Shown: positions 10,482-22,599, counted from the stretch's first letter. The stretch: 64,000 nt of DNA from Macrostomum hystrix (GCA_950097015.1 CATNEN010000012.1:2046001-2110000); one strand, 5' to 3'. Numbers and translations are program-made. The notes: a model not told the origin generated them from the sequence alone.

Positions 10482-13400
10482 ATGTACGAGGAGCTCTCCG
10501 AGGATGTTGAAAAAGAGATCGAGCAGCAGCTGCAGTTAATCGATGATGCTTCGCTGAGCGATACCTTCGAGGAATCCAATGATGACTTGCTAGCCGATCC
10601 TGAGACTGCAGACGCTACCGAGGTAAGTGCGATTGAGATTCGTGTTATTAAAAAGCAGATTTTTTAAAGAGTTTTTATAATATAGTACCTGTAAAACTCG
10701 TAAGATAGAAGATGGATACGGCACCAACAGCCCGTGGCATTGCAGCAGCCAGTCCTTACACGCAGTCCATATTCCAAACACTGTGTACAGTCGATTAGTC
10801 CATGGACCTCGGGCACCGCCGCACCCTTTCAAATTTATACCCCAGTTAAACATATGCTGAAAACGAAACTGAAGCAAGCGGGAATTTAATGTCTCAATGA
10901 TAAAAAATGTTTCATCTTAGCTAAGAAACTCCAGACTTTCTGGTCAGAAATCCAGAATTTTTCATCACTGAACTTTTTAATAGTAATAATATTTGCAGGA
11001 GGGCTGCGGACATTGGACCCGTGGACCAAAAGGAGGAGGCAATTCTGTCCATTCCGCTGACTCCTGAGCACACACGCACGCAGATACTGTACGCAGGCAC
11101 ACACAAATGTGTACATCTGCCCAAACTTTCTCCTCGTCAGGCAGTGTACATTCTACGTCGTACATTCTACTGTGCCTTGGAGGTTGGCCCTCAAGGGCGT
11201 AAATTGCACGAAAAGCCCCCTGGCCTCCTCTCCGCGGCTGAGCCCCAAATGAATGTGGCCTCGCCGCGGAATCGAGCTCACGGACCTTGATGCTTTAGAT
11301 CGCCACTCACCCTCCACTAAAGTATTTATGAACACGTGATGTCCCGTTATCCTTAAAAAATTTTCCACGCAGGCTGCCGACGATTGGACAGCCGCGCTGG
11401 ACAGTCGATTCGGCGAATACTACAGCCGGCTGCAGACTGAGCTGGACACCGGCGTCCCGACAGCAGCTGTGGCACCCGCCGGCCAGGCCGGTTTGCCGCC
11501 GGGCTTCCTGGCGCAGCTGGAGGCGGAGGCCGCAGCCGAGGAGGAGGCCGAAGCTCAAGCTGATGCGGCAGCTCCAGTGCCGCCGTTGGACCTGACGGCT
11601 GGCGGCACACCGGCGCCGTCGGTCGATGAACAACTCGACGAAGGCCTTCGATCTGGCCGGTCGTCTATAATGACGGTGCGCCGGCTGGAGTCGAGCAATC
11701 CGGATAAGCGAATCATCGAGGCCTGGATGGAGACGGAAGAGGAGTTGATTCTGCTCAAGACTGAGGTTTGAAAGGCCGCCCCTTCTGGCCTGGGCACCCG
11801 AATCAGGGGACTGGGAAAACCCGAATAGAAAAAATTATCCGATCAAATTATCTCGCTATTAGAAGAGAATAATACTCAGATCTCCAAATTTATGAGATGT
11901 TCTGCTCAAATAAAAAACCTACCCATCAGCGCTGGCGCCTGTACAGCGACTTGACCAAGGCCAGCCACAAGCGCAAAGCTTCTGAAGAGGACAAGCCTGA
12001 GGAGCCGCAGCCACCGAAACCATCGCTGGCTGTCGCTGATGATGAAGCCGAGAAGCTGCTAGCCGAAGAAGAGAAGGTGAGCTTGTCCTACGGACTAATG
12101 AAGCAAGGATGATGCTAGGCTACTCAGAAGGACTCCTGCTTATCTTAGTAGAGGTTGGGGTTGCTAGGCTACTCAGAAGGACTCCTGCTTATCTTAGTAG
12201 AGGTTGGGGTTGCTAGGCTACTCAGAAGGACTCCTGTTTATCTTAGTAGAGGTTGGGGTTGCTAGGCTACTCAGAAGGACTCCTGTTTATCTTAGTAGAG
12301 GTTTGGGTTGCTAGGCTACTCAGAAGGACTCCTGCTTATCTTAGTAGAGGTTGGGGTTGCTAGGCTACTCAGAAGAACTCCTGCTTATCTTAGTAGAGGT
12401 TGGGGTTGCTAGGCTACTCAGAAGGACTCCTGCTTATCTTAGTAGAGGTTGGGGTTGCTAGGCTACTCAGAAGGACTCCTGCTTATCTTAGTAGAGGTTG
12501 GGGTTGCTAGGCTACTCAGAAGGACTCCTGCTTATCTTAGTAGAGGTTGGGGTTGCTAGGCTACTCAGAAGGACTCCTGTTTATCTTAGTAGAGGTTGGG
12601 GTTGCTAGGCTACTCAGAAGGACTCCTGTTTATCTTAGTAGAGGTTTGGGTTGCTAGGCTACTCAGAAGGACTCCTGCTTATCTTAGTAGAGGTTGGGGT
12701 TGCTAGGCTACTCAGAAGGACTCCTGCTTATCTTAGTAGAGGTTGGGGTTGCTAGGCTACTCAGAAGGACTCCTGCTTATCTTAGTAGAGGTTTGGGTTG
12801 CTAGGCTACTCAGAAGGACTCCTGTTTATCTTAGTAGAGGTTTGGGTTGCTAGGCTACTCAGAAGGACTCCTGCTTATCTTAGTAGAGGTTGGGGTTGCT
12901 AGGCTACTCAGAAGGACTCCTGTTTATCTTAGTAGAGGTTGGGGTTGCTAGGCTACTCAGAAGGACTCCTGTTTATCTTAGTAGAGGTTGGGGTTGCTAG
13001 GCTACTCAGAAGGACTCCTGTTTATCTTAGTAGAGGTTGGGGTTGCTAGGCTACTCAGAAGGACTCCTGTTTATCTTAGTAGAGGTTGGGGTTGCTAGGC
13101 TACTCAGAAGGACTCCTGCTTATCTTAGTAGAGGTTGGGGTTGCTAGGCTACTCAGAAGGACTCCTGCTTATCTTAGTAGAGGTTGGGGTTGCTAGGCTA
13201 CTCAGAAGGACTCCTGCTTATCTTAGTAGAGGTTGGGGTTGCTAGGCTACTCAGAAGGACTCCTGTTTATCTTAGTAGAGGTTGGGGTTGCTAGGCTACT
13301 CAGAAGGACTCCTGCTTATCTTAGTAGAGGTTGGGGTTGCTAGGCTACTCAGAAGGACTCCTGCTTATCTTAGTAGAGGTTGGGGTTGCTAGGCTACTCA

Positions 13401-15661
13401 GAAGGACTCCTGCTTATCTTAGTAGAGGTTGGGGTTGCTAGGCTACTCAGAAGGACTCCTGCTTATCTTAGTAGAGGTTGGGGTTGCTAGGCTACTCAGA
13501 AGGACTCCTGTTTATCTTAGTAGAGGTTGGGGTTGCTAGGCTACTCAGAAGGACTCCTGCTTATCTTTGTAGAGGTTGGGGTTGCTAGGCTACTCAGAAG
13601 GACTCCTGTTTATCTTAGTAGAGGTTGGGGTTGCTAGGCTACTCAGAAGGACTCCTGCTTATCTTAGTAGAGGTTGGGGTTGCTAGGCTACTCAGAAGGA
13701 CTCCTGCTTATCTTAGTAGAGGTTGGGGTTGCTAGGCTACTCAGAAGGACTCCTGCTTATCTTAGTAGAGGTTGGGGTTGCTAGGCTACTCAGAAGGACT
13801 CCTGTTTATCTTAGTAGAGGTTGGGGTTGCTAGGCTACTCAGAAGGACTCCTGTTTATCTTAGTAGAGGTTGGGGTTGCTAGGCTACTCAGAAGGACTCC
13901 TGTTTATCTTAGTAGAGGTTGGGGTTGCTAGGCTACTCAGAAGGACTCCTGCTTATCTTAGTAGAGGTTGGGGTTGCTAGGCTACTCAGAAGGACTCCTG
14001 CTTATCTTAGTAGAGGTTGGGGTTGCTAGGCTACTCAGAAGGACTCCTGCTTATCTTAGTAGAGGTTGGGGTTGCTAGGCTACTCAGAAGGACTCCTGTT
14101 TATCTTAGTAGAGGTTGGGGTTGCTAGGCTACTCAGAAGGACTCCTGCTTATCTTAGTAGAGGTTGGGGTTGCTAGGCTACTCAGAAGGACTCCTGCTTA
14201 TCTTAGTAGAGGTTGGGGTTGCTAGGCTACTCAGAAGGACTCCTGCTTATCTTAGTAGAGGTTGGGGTTGCTAGGCTACTCAGAAGGACTCCTGCTTATC
14301 TTAGTAGAGGTTGGGGTTGCTAGGCTACTCAGAAGGACTCCTGCTTATCTTAGTAGAGGTTGGGGTTGCTAGGCTACTCAGAAGGACTCCTGCTTATCTT
14401 AGTAGAGGTTGGGGTTGCTAGGCTACTCAGAAGGACTCCTGCTTATCTTAGTAGAGGTTGGGGTTGCTAGGCTACTCAGAAGGACTCCTGTTTATCTTAG
14501 TAGAGGTTGGGGTTGCTAGGCTACTCAGAAGGACTCCTGCTTATCTTAGTAGAGGTTGGGGTTTCTAGGCTACTCAGAAGGACTCCTGCTTATCTTTGTA
14601 GAGGTTGGGGTTGCTAGGCTACTCAGAAGGACTCCTGTTTATCTTAGTAGAGGTTGGGGTTGCTAGGCTACTCAGAAGGACTCCTGTTTATCTGAGTGTT
14701 TAATCCAAGTTTTGAATTCAATTGTTCAGTTTCCTCAAATCGTCCTATCAGAAGCAGTTGGAATCTTTTGACGCCCTGCTGGCCGAGGAACGTCGCCGCA
14801 ATGATGAGCTGCGGCAGCTGAGCGACTCGGTCAACGCCAGCCGGCTGCGCGCCGCTGCGGTGGCCATTCAGCGAAGATTTCGCGGCTACCGCATCCGGAA
14901 TCGCATCGGCGAGGATATTCAGCGACAGCTCGAACGGGCCAGGCGGAAGGTTTTCAATGATAAGGTGAGAAACAAAGTCTCACTGTGCTACTGTTTAGCA
15001 GCCGATCAGTAAGTAGTGTGCAAGTGTTAGGTTTTTTCCCTAATTATTGACAAGATTTTCGGGTCACTGACGGGATGGTCAGGTCTCTGACAGGATTGTT
15101 GGGTCACTGACAGGATGGCCAGGTCTCTGACAGGATTGTTGGGCCACTGACGGGATGGCCAGGTCTCTGACAGGATTGTTGGGTCACTGACAGGATAGCC
15201 AGGTCACTGACGAGATTGTTAGGTCTCTGACAGGATTGTTGGGTCACTGACAGGATTGTTGGGTCACTGACAGGATGGCCAGATCACTGACAGGAATGTT
15301 GAAATGTCCCACCAAATCGCTGCAGGTGATCCGGCTAGAAAAGGAACGGGAGCGGCAGAAGGCCCTCGAGCATCACCGACGCCGGCAGGAGGGCGAGAGT
15401 CGCCTCAGCTCGTCGCGCACCAGTTCCAGAAGCTCCAGCCGAGTCACTTCGGCATCTTCAGTTGCTGACGCCTCCCGTCCAGCCAAGCCGCCGCTAACTG
15501 AAGTGCCAGAGGAGGCTGCGGCGGTGGAAGACGACAGCAAGGCTGCGGAAGGTCGAGGGGCCAGCACATATGTTCTGCCGGATCAGCGATTCCCGCCGCT
15601 GTCAGAGGTCAGGGATCCAAACTACGCACCCGGTCCGCTGCCAGTTAAGAAGGCTCAGCAA

Positions 15662-15692
<31 letters not shown>

Positions 15693-18600
15693 AATCCGGC
15701 CAGAGTTCTTCGTCTGACTCGCCGAAAAAGAAGATGACTGGATCAGCAGCGGCCGAAAATTTGCCAGCGGATCAGAAACGCCCGACTAGCGCAAGGGCTG
15801 CGTCGCGTAAATCGCCAAAATCGTCGGAAAAACAATTGACCCTTGCTGCAATTAGTGACGGTGCGACCAAAAACCTCAGTGAAGATACAGCAACGCCCAA
15901 TGAAAAATGCTCAGAGTTAGTCGACCAGGTGGACACCAAACTCGCTGGAAACAAAGACTCAAAATCAGCCGATCATGTGAACACCGAACTGGCCGGAAAC
16001 AAAGACTCAAAATCAATCGATCAGGTGGAATCTGAACTTTCCGAAAACAAAGACTCAAAGTTAGTCAACCAGGTAGACACCGAACTGGCCGGAAACAAAG
16101 ACTCAAAACCTGCCGATCATGTGGAATTTGAACTTACCGGAAACAAAGAATCAAAGTCAGCCGATCATGTGAAATCTGAACTTTCCGGAAAGAAAGACTC
16201 CAAGTCAGTCGATCATGTGGAATCTGAACTATCCGCAAACAAAGACTCAAAGTTAGTCGACCAGGTGGAGACCAAGCTGGCCGAAAAAAAAGATTTAAAA
16301 TCGACTGACCGTGAAGACACACAACAGCGAGAATTAAAAAACCAAAAGAAGAAGAATGAGGAGTTGTGTATAGATAATTCCTCAAAGAATATAGTTAAAG
16401 AAACAGACTCGAAGTTAGCTAGTCAATCCAATTCTGATTCGGTGAATCAAAAATTAGACAACGAAGCAGACGAGAAAGACAGGAAGGCAACGGAGAGGAA
16501 AGCATTGCCTTCACTTGACGACAAGGGCACACCAACGGACAAGAATTTACCTGCCAAAAAAATGTCTGAATCTGCAGGAGCGCAGATTTCAAAGCAGGAA
16601 GCTGAAAAAGTTAAAAATTCGGAATCGATGGCAGAGCCGTCAAGTGTTACGGTGAAAATAAAACCAAGCAATGGGAACAAAACTCAGCCCAGTGATTCAG
16701 CACCTGAGGCCACAGCAGTAGCTGCTCAAACTGCAGTTAAATCGCTGGCAAAACAGAACTCGAAACCTCCGAGTCATCCGATTTCAAAAACTGCTAAGCC
16801 CGAGAAGCCGGTAGCAGCAGCACCAGCGGTCAAAGCAGCAGCACCGGTGGCCGTTCAGGAACCTGCAGCGTCCTCCGTTCCGCAGCCCGAGCAGTCCGCC
16901 ACTTTTGACTCCGGCCCGGCTCTGGAGCGAACCACCGACCACATGGGCGACCTGGGCCAGGCCCTGTTCATTGCCAGACTGGCCTGGCTGAAGTCGCAGC
17001 CGACTTACTCGGCAGTCACTTCAGCGGCGGCCGCGGCCGCATCCGCCCCGAGTCCCAAGCGTCGGCCCAGACGGCATCACCAAAATGCGTCGGCGACTGA
17101 AACTACGCCGGAGGCGGCGTCGGCGGCGCAGGCGCGTCTCCTGGCCAGCTCAGTTGACCAGGACGGTGCCGCCAATGTCGCTCAACCTGGCGAAGCTGCC
17201 GCTCTCAGCTTGGCATCGCCACCGACGCCCCTTCCAGCCGGGGTTGTCGCCGACTATCTCGGCCGCTGCGTCGCTTTGCGGGCTCTTAGACTGTCCGGCT
17301 GCGGCTTGGCCCAGTTGCCGGAGCTGTCGGCGAGCTGCCCGCAGTTGCAGCTGCTCGATGTGTCGGTGAGTTCAGACGGAGGCCAGTTATAATCTTGTTA
17401 GGGATGAAAGATTTATAGATCCTCATCATGCATTGTTAGTGGGTGAGTGGCAGAGCAGTTTACGCGTTTGCCTCTCGCACCAAGGTCCATGAGTTCGATT
17501 CCGCGGCGAGGCCATATTTAATTTGGGGCGCAGCCACGGAGAGAAGGCTTGGTGGCTTGTCGTGCAATTTACGCCCTTGAGACACAATGAGAGTGTACAC
17601 TGCCCCGACGATGAGAAAGTCAGGGCAGATGTACACACCTGTGTGAGCGTGTACCTGCGTACGGTATCTGTGTGCGTGTGTGCTCAGAATTGCCTCCTCG
17701 CTGGCTGCGGGTCTAGTGTCAGCAAATGGTGCGCCGTTGTCCGCAGCCCTCCTGAGTCATTAATTTTATCATGAATTGTTTAATACTGCGCATTTCGATC
17801 CGCAGAGCAACTCCCTACCGCATGTTGACGTATCCGGCCTGGATCAGCTGTACTATTTGGACGCCTCGCGCAACCGACTCACAGCTGTGCTCGGCCTGGA
17901 TACTGCCAAACGGCTGGCGCACCTGGATGTCAGCGAGAATCGCTTGACTCGACTCGGTGAGAAATCAGTCTGAGAGATTTCACTTATGAGATTTCACTCC
18001 GCAATCGAGTAGATTTAGAAAATTCTCCAAATTTCCAAAAATATTTATTAACGTAAAAAGCGAGACACTTGACATGTCCATGCAGGTTTTATTATGAACT
18101 TCTAGTCGAGCTAAGCTGAATAAAATCCCAAAAACAAACTATGGGATTACTAGAACTTCATTAGTACTTTAAATTTAACTAGTACTCTAAAAGTACATTT
18201 ATTATCGAATTAAAGTACACGCTCTCCCTAACTAAAACTAATGTAGCGAATCGGACAATGCAATCTCCTTGCGCAGAGTTCGGAGTCCTCCTGCCTCGCC
18301 TGCTGCGCCTGAACGCCAGCCGCAACCAGCTGACCGAGGCTTCGTCCTCGGCCATCCAGCTGCTGCCCTCCGCCGTCTGGCTGGATCTCAGCGGCAATCA
18401 CATTGGCGCGTTCGACTCGGCCGGCGGCATGCCCTGCCTAGCCGACTTGGATTTGAGCGGAAACGACCTTTCAATGGTGAGATTCCTGTTGTTTATAGCA
18501 TTTAAGCTAAGCTGGTCAAAGTAGACTTTCACATTGATCGCGAGTTGTTCTTTTCTATTTCTACTTGCGGTCCTCTGTTTGTAAGTGCAACAACCTCCTT

Positions 18601-21600
18601 CGTCTGCTTAGTTCCCAAACCTGAGCAACAGTCCGCTGCTAGTGCGCCTGAACCTAGCTGAAAACTCTCTGAAGACTTATCCCGCGACACCTGGCAGCAG
18701 CGGGCCGCCTCTTTGGCTGCCCTGCCTCAGAGACTGCAGCCTGGCAGCCAATCAGCTGGGAGCGGCCGGCTCTCCGGGCTCCCTGGCCGGACTTCTCGCC
18801 CGCTGTCCGCTGCTCCGCCGATTGGACCTGTCGGCTAACTGCCTGTCAGTCGACGACTGCCTCTCGGCGGTGACAGAATCGACGTCAGGGTTGTCCAGCG
18901 CAGTCGAGCTGCTTCAGCTGGGCCAGAACCCCGGCGCCGGTTTGGCACTTCATCGCCGACTAGCAGAAGAGCGAAAATCGGATTGTCGACGTCAGTTCGA
19001 CGCCGGGAGTGACAGCGGCGACATCCGGCTCGAAGAGATGACGCTTCCTTTCTCGCAGTTTCTTAGAAAATGCTTGGAATTTTCAACCCAGCTGGCCGAG
19101 AAGGAGGCGAGCTTCGCGCGCCAGTCGTCCAACCCGCCGCTGACTCTACTTCGCCGATGTCGACGTTTCTATGGCGACTGTTTCACCGCGGCTAAACGAC
19201 ACCGCTGCTACCAAGAGTATGAGCACTATCTGGATGTCAGACAAACAGATCTCCTCAAGTACGATGGTTTAGAGGACAGTCTGGGAGGCGGTGCCGGCGC
19301 TAGTACTCACCCGGCTGTTCTTCAGACTGCGAGGCCAAATTCTACATTAAAATCGGAGTTCAAATCAGCGCCAAGCCAAGAACCTGCAACCAGCCAATCA
19401 GCAGACGAACGAGCCGCAGCAGCCGCAGTGAAAATTCAAGCAGCCTATCGCGGCTACGCCTTTCGTAGACGCATGAACGAAAGTTTGAGTCGGTTAGAGT
19501 TGGCCGCGGCGAAAATCCAGGCGAGTGTTTTATTATGCGCTGAAGCTCGATGGGGAGGCAGATCTTCCACTCCTTGTTGTTAAAATTAACAGTTTTTTCT
19601 TCATTCTATAGGCCACGTGGCGGGGTCACCAGGTGCGCCAGTGGATTAGGGCCGCCCTGGCCGCTGTCAAGGACGACGATGAAACTGGCGGCGACAGCGA
19701 GGATCGGGGCATTCTGTCTGATGAAGAGGATATGGACGAGACGGTTATTAATATTGAAGAGGTTTGTAAACTGGGATAAAATGATCGCTTCTAGAGACAG
19801 TGACAAGAAGAAAGTGATGGAGTGGGCACATTGACGGTGGGAAATTAGGTCGTGGGTGTAGCGACGGGTGTAGAGAAGACAGGGTGGTGGATTTAGTGAG
19901 GGACGGAGAGAAAATGAGGTGATGGCTTTAGTGATGGGGGAGAGAAAATAAGGTGGTAGGTTTAGCGAAGGGGAAGAGAAAATGGGGTGGTGGGTTTAGT
20001 GACGGAAAAGAGAAAATGAGGTGGTGGGTTTAGTGACGGGAGAGAAAATGGGGGTGGGTTTAGTGACGGTGGAGAGAAAATGAGGTGGTGGGTTTAGTGA
20101 CGGTGGAGAGAAAATGAGGTGGTTGTAGTGACGGATGAGAAAATGGGGTGGTGGGTTTAGTGACGGTTGGAGAGAAAATGAGGTGGTTATAGTGACGGGA
20201 GAGAAAATGGGGTGGTGGGTTTAGTGACGGTTGGAGAGAAAATGAGATGGTTATAGTGACGGGAGAGAAAATGGGGTGGTGGGTGCGGGTACAGAGTAGG
20301 GTACAGAAAAAGAAGTGGTTCGTGTTGTGACTGGAGAGAGGTGGTCAGTACAGTGACATGGCATAAAGAAATAAGGTGGGTGCAATATCAGAACGTTGCG
20401 AATATTTTTCCTTACAACAAAAATTTTTAGTTGGATGTGGACGCCATGTTTGACAACATTGAATTACCTAACTCACCTCGACTGGATTCCGCAAGGTGTG
20501 TAAAGCTAAGCTAAGATTTTTTCGCTTTTCGTTTATTTAGCTTGACTTAGCCGAAATGCACTTAATTTCCGATCTTTCGTTTTCAGACGCATCAGACAAG
20601 GAGCTCTGCCACCGAAAGACGCCTGGATCAGTTCGCCCACAACTGGCGGCAGGTTCACCCCACTGGGCCGGCTGGATTTGAGTGAGTGTCCCAATTTGTC
20701 TACTTCAAGTAGGCATGTTTAGAAAATTACGCAAATTTTTATTCTTAAACCACTAATTACACCAGAGGGCAGTCTGCAAGTGGTAACGCATCGGTCAGAT
20801 TCGACAGCGGGCGGCGGAGCTGAAATTTCCGAACAGTCGGGTCGGAACGCTAGCCAATCGACGCATAGGTCTAAAAAAATTGATCAAATCAGAGAAGACT
20901 GGTACGTGTTCTTCGTTAGAATTTCCATATTGTTCGTAAAAGAGGCTTCAGTTTTCACACCTCCGACTTCGTTGCTAAAATTCAGGGGCTTTCACGACGA
21001 GCGCAGCGCTCAAGTGATGCTGGAGCGGGCCAAAAAGATGAAGCTGAACTCAGACAAGAGGAAACGGTTGAGCAAAATGGGTAAGTTTAGTTTTGTCTTC
21101 TGCGTGAAGTGGAGATGAAGAATTGTGTCATTTTTGCGTACGATGTTAAAAAAACTCTATTATACTTTTTATTCGATTGACCACGCAGAGAAAATTGAAC
21201 GCGGAATGAAGTTAGGTAAAATTTCTAATCGAATTATTTGCCTATCAACTTCATAGCTTATCAATTACAGCTCACATTTTCGTCTGCACAAGCTCGGTAG
21301 TTTGTAATTTTTCGAGTTCTTATCGTCAAAGTTTTGGGGTTCGCCGGATTAGGGTTGATACTGCAGATTCCAAAACGCTACTCCGAGCTGACCCCACCCC
21401 ATTCCTGGGCCGAAGACACCCACCCCACTCCTCTGCCGCTGACCCCCACCCCATTCCTGCGCCGTGGACACCCACCCCATTCCTGCGCCACAGACACCCA
21501 CCCCACTCCTCTGTCGCTGACCCCCGCCCCATTTCTGCGCGTCAGACAACCACCCCTACCCGGTCAGCCAATCAGTAATTTATGCAAAAAATGGTACCAT

Positions 21601-22494
21601 TCTCGTGCTACCGTTCTGTTTCATTCTTAGCTTTATTTACAGATTGCAGCCTTAACATATACCTTTTTCTGTAATTAAATTCATATGTTTATTTTTAGTT
21701 TATTCTTATCTATTGACGCAATTTCAGCTTTAATTTATGCGCACTTGAAGCTTTACAGTTTGTAACATGTTTGTACGAAGCACCAGTGAACATTCCCGCC
21801 TGATTCTTCCCAGATCCTGAGCAGCGCTATTACCTGTTCAAGAAGCTGGAGGCTAGCGCAAGGCCAGCTTTGGCTGCAACAGATCAGTCCAAAGGCCAGC
21901 ATCATCGAGTTGAGTACTTTAGAGGTACGTGAGATTCCGATTCCTTCAAAATCTCAAATCTTTGAAAACTAGGTCCTGAAAATCCCATTGCAATGGGTTT
22001 AGTTTTGGTATCCTAAAGCCTATCCTATCTAATCATATCTACTGCTAAGCTACAGTGAGATTGTACACTGCTTGACTTACTCGAAGGCTGAAGGTCCTCT
22101 GTCGGTAAATTAAAGAATCGAAAAATCCCTAGATAGGTGCGATTTAGAGCCTTAAAACTGTCTTCAAACAGTATTCAAACTTAATTTTACGATAAATCCT
22201 CAATCATAATCGCATTTCCCATCAACCCAAAAAATCTGGCTCCACCCAGCCAAGGAGCTGGAGCGTGCCCAGGCGGAGCATTCAAGGCGGCCCGAGTCCG
22301 GCCCGAGAGACGAGCGAACCTACGAATGGATTTTCAACACGCCCGTCACGGAGACAGCTGGCGGCGCCCCAGACACCTCTTCCAGCAAGCGTCCGAGATC
22401 GCACGAGCTTTCTGTAGCTGGTCGGCAGCAGCAGCAGCAGCAGCAGCAGCATTTCCTGCCGCAGATTAGCAGCGGTCGATCAAATTCTTTGGTT
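10482..22494 (+). CDS. LRRIQ1: LRRIQ1-like leucine-rich repeat and IQ motif protein; exons 10482-10622, 11373-11765, 11930-12076, 14752-14964, 15326-17365, 17806-17956, 18277-18476, 18612-19520, 19612-19761, 20431-20495, 20587-20681, 20766-20901, 20986-21080, (21189-21215 optional), 21814-21924, 22250-22494; 3' end unresolved
   Basis: Phase-consistent splicing gives about 1697 aa. It has three IQ motifs (AIQRRFRGYRIR, KIQAAYRGYAFR, KIQ|ATWRGHQVR) and about 9-10 LRRs (LxxLDxSxNxL). The C-terminal REDWGFHDERSAQVMLERAKKMK...DPEQRYYLF...RTYEW resembles the LRRIQ1 C-terminus as I recall it. The last exon either reads through to TAA at 22528-22530 or splices at GTAAGT 22495. Confidence 0.85.
10983..11317 (-). 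mobile_element. tRNA-derived SINE copy 1 (head partly deleted), LRRIQ1 intron 1, antisense
   Basis: Aligns by eye with copies at 17.4, 24.0 and 55.5 kb; B-box variant GCTCGATTCC; (ATT)-rich tail. Confidence 0.85.
12113..14693. repeat. 49-bp satellite (GCTAGGCTACTCAGAAGGACTCCTGCTTATCTTAGTAGAGGTTGGGGTT), about 52 copies, in LRRIQ1 intron 3
   Basis: Period 49 (12121 to 12170); nearly homogeneous with one frequent C/T variant. Confidence 0.99.
15056..15295. repeat. 20/40-bp minisatellite (GACAGGATTGTTGGGTCACT-like) in LRRIQ1 intron 4
   Basis: About 12 related 20-mers alternating between two types. Confidence 0.9.
15326..17365 (+). CDS. LRRIQ1: LRRIQ1-like exon 5 (2040 nt; coiled-coil, polyQ, 16-aa repeats, first LRR)
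   Basis: Within ORF 15275..17392; TGCAG acceptor and GTGAGT donor, phase 0/0. Confidence 0.88.
15923..16306 (+). repeat. Coding 48-bp (16-aa) repeat x8, DxVxxELxxNKDSKxx
   Basis: Units start in frame at 15923, 15971, 16019, 16067, 16115, 16163, 16211 and 16259. Confidence 0.9.
17439..17767 (+). mobile_element. tRNA-derived SINE copy 2, LRRIQ1 intron 5, sense
   Basis: A box TGGCAGAGCAG, B box GTTCGATTCC; 13-bp TSD ATCATG(C/A)ATTGTT at 17425-17437 and 17768-17780. Confidence 0.88.
18612..19520 (+). CDS. LRRIQ1: LRRIQ1-like exon 8 (LRRs plus IQ)
   Basis: Overlaps ORF 18642..19583 in frame; CTTAG acceptor; ends at non-canonical GCGAGT donor. Confidence 0.85.
19880..20290. repeat. About 30-bp purine-rich imperfect repeat (GGGTTTAGTGACGGAGAGAAAATGAGGTGGT) in an LRRIQ1 intron
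   Basis: About 13 imperfect copies. Confidence 0.88.
21372..21545. repeat. C-rich repeat with about 26-bp subunits (CCCACCCCATTCCTGCGCC...) in an LRRIQ1 intron
   Basis: Recurring CCCACCCCA(T/C)TCCT units. Confidence 0.8.
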
Positions 22495-22599
22495 GTAAGT
22501 TTAAAAAAGAACTCGTATAAAAGTTCTTAAAAAATTAGCAACATTTTTATATCGAAATTTACTGATGGTCTTTTATACACTTCAAGGCGAGCTAGTTGG

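Noticed and set aside
10690-10860. Moderately GC-rich patch in LRRIQ1 intron 1 as a possible extra exon
   Set aside because: No good donor site, and an in-frame stop follows from the plausible acceptor.
17439-17515. tRNA gene
   Set aside because: A and B boxes are present, but there is no proper acceptor stem and the sequence continues into a repeated body with a tail and TSD, so it is a SINE head.
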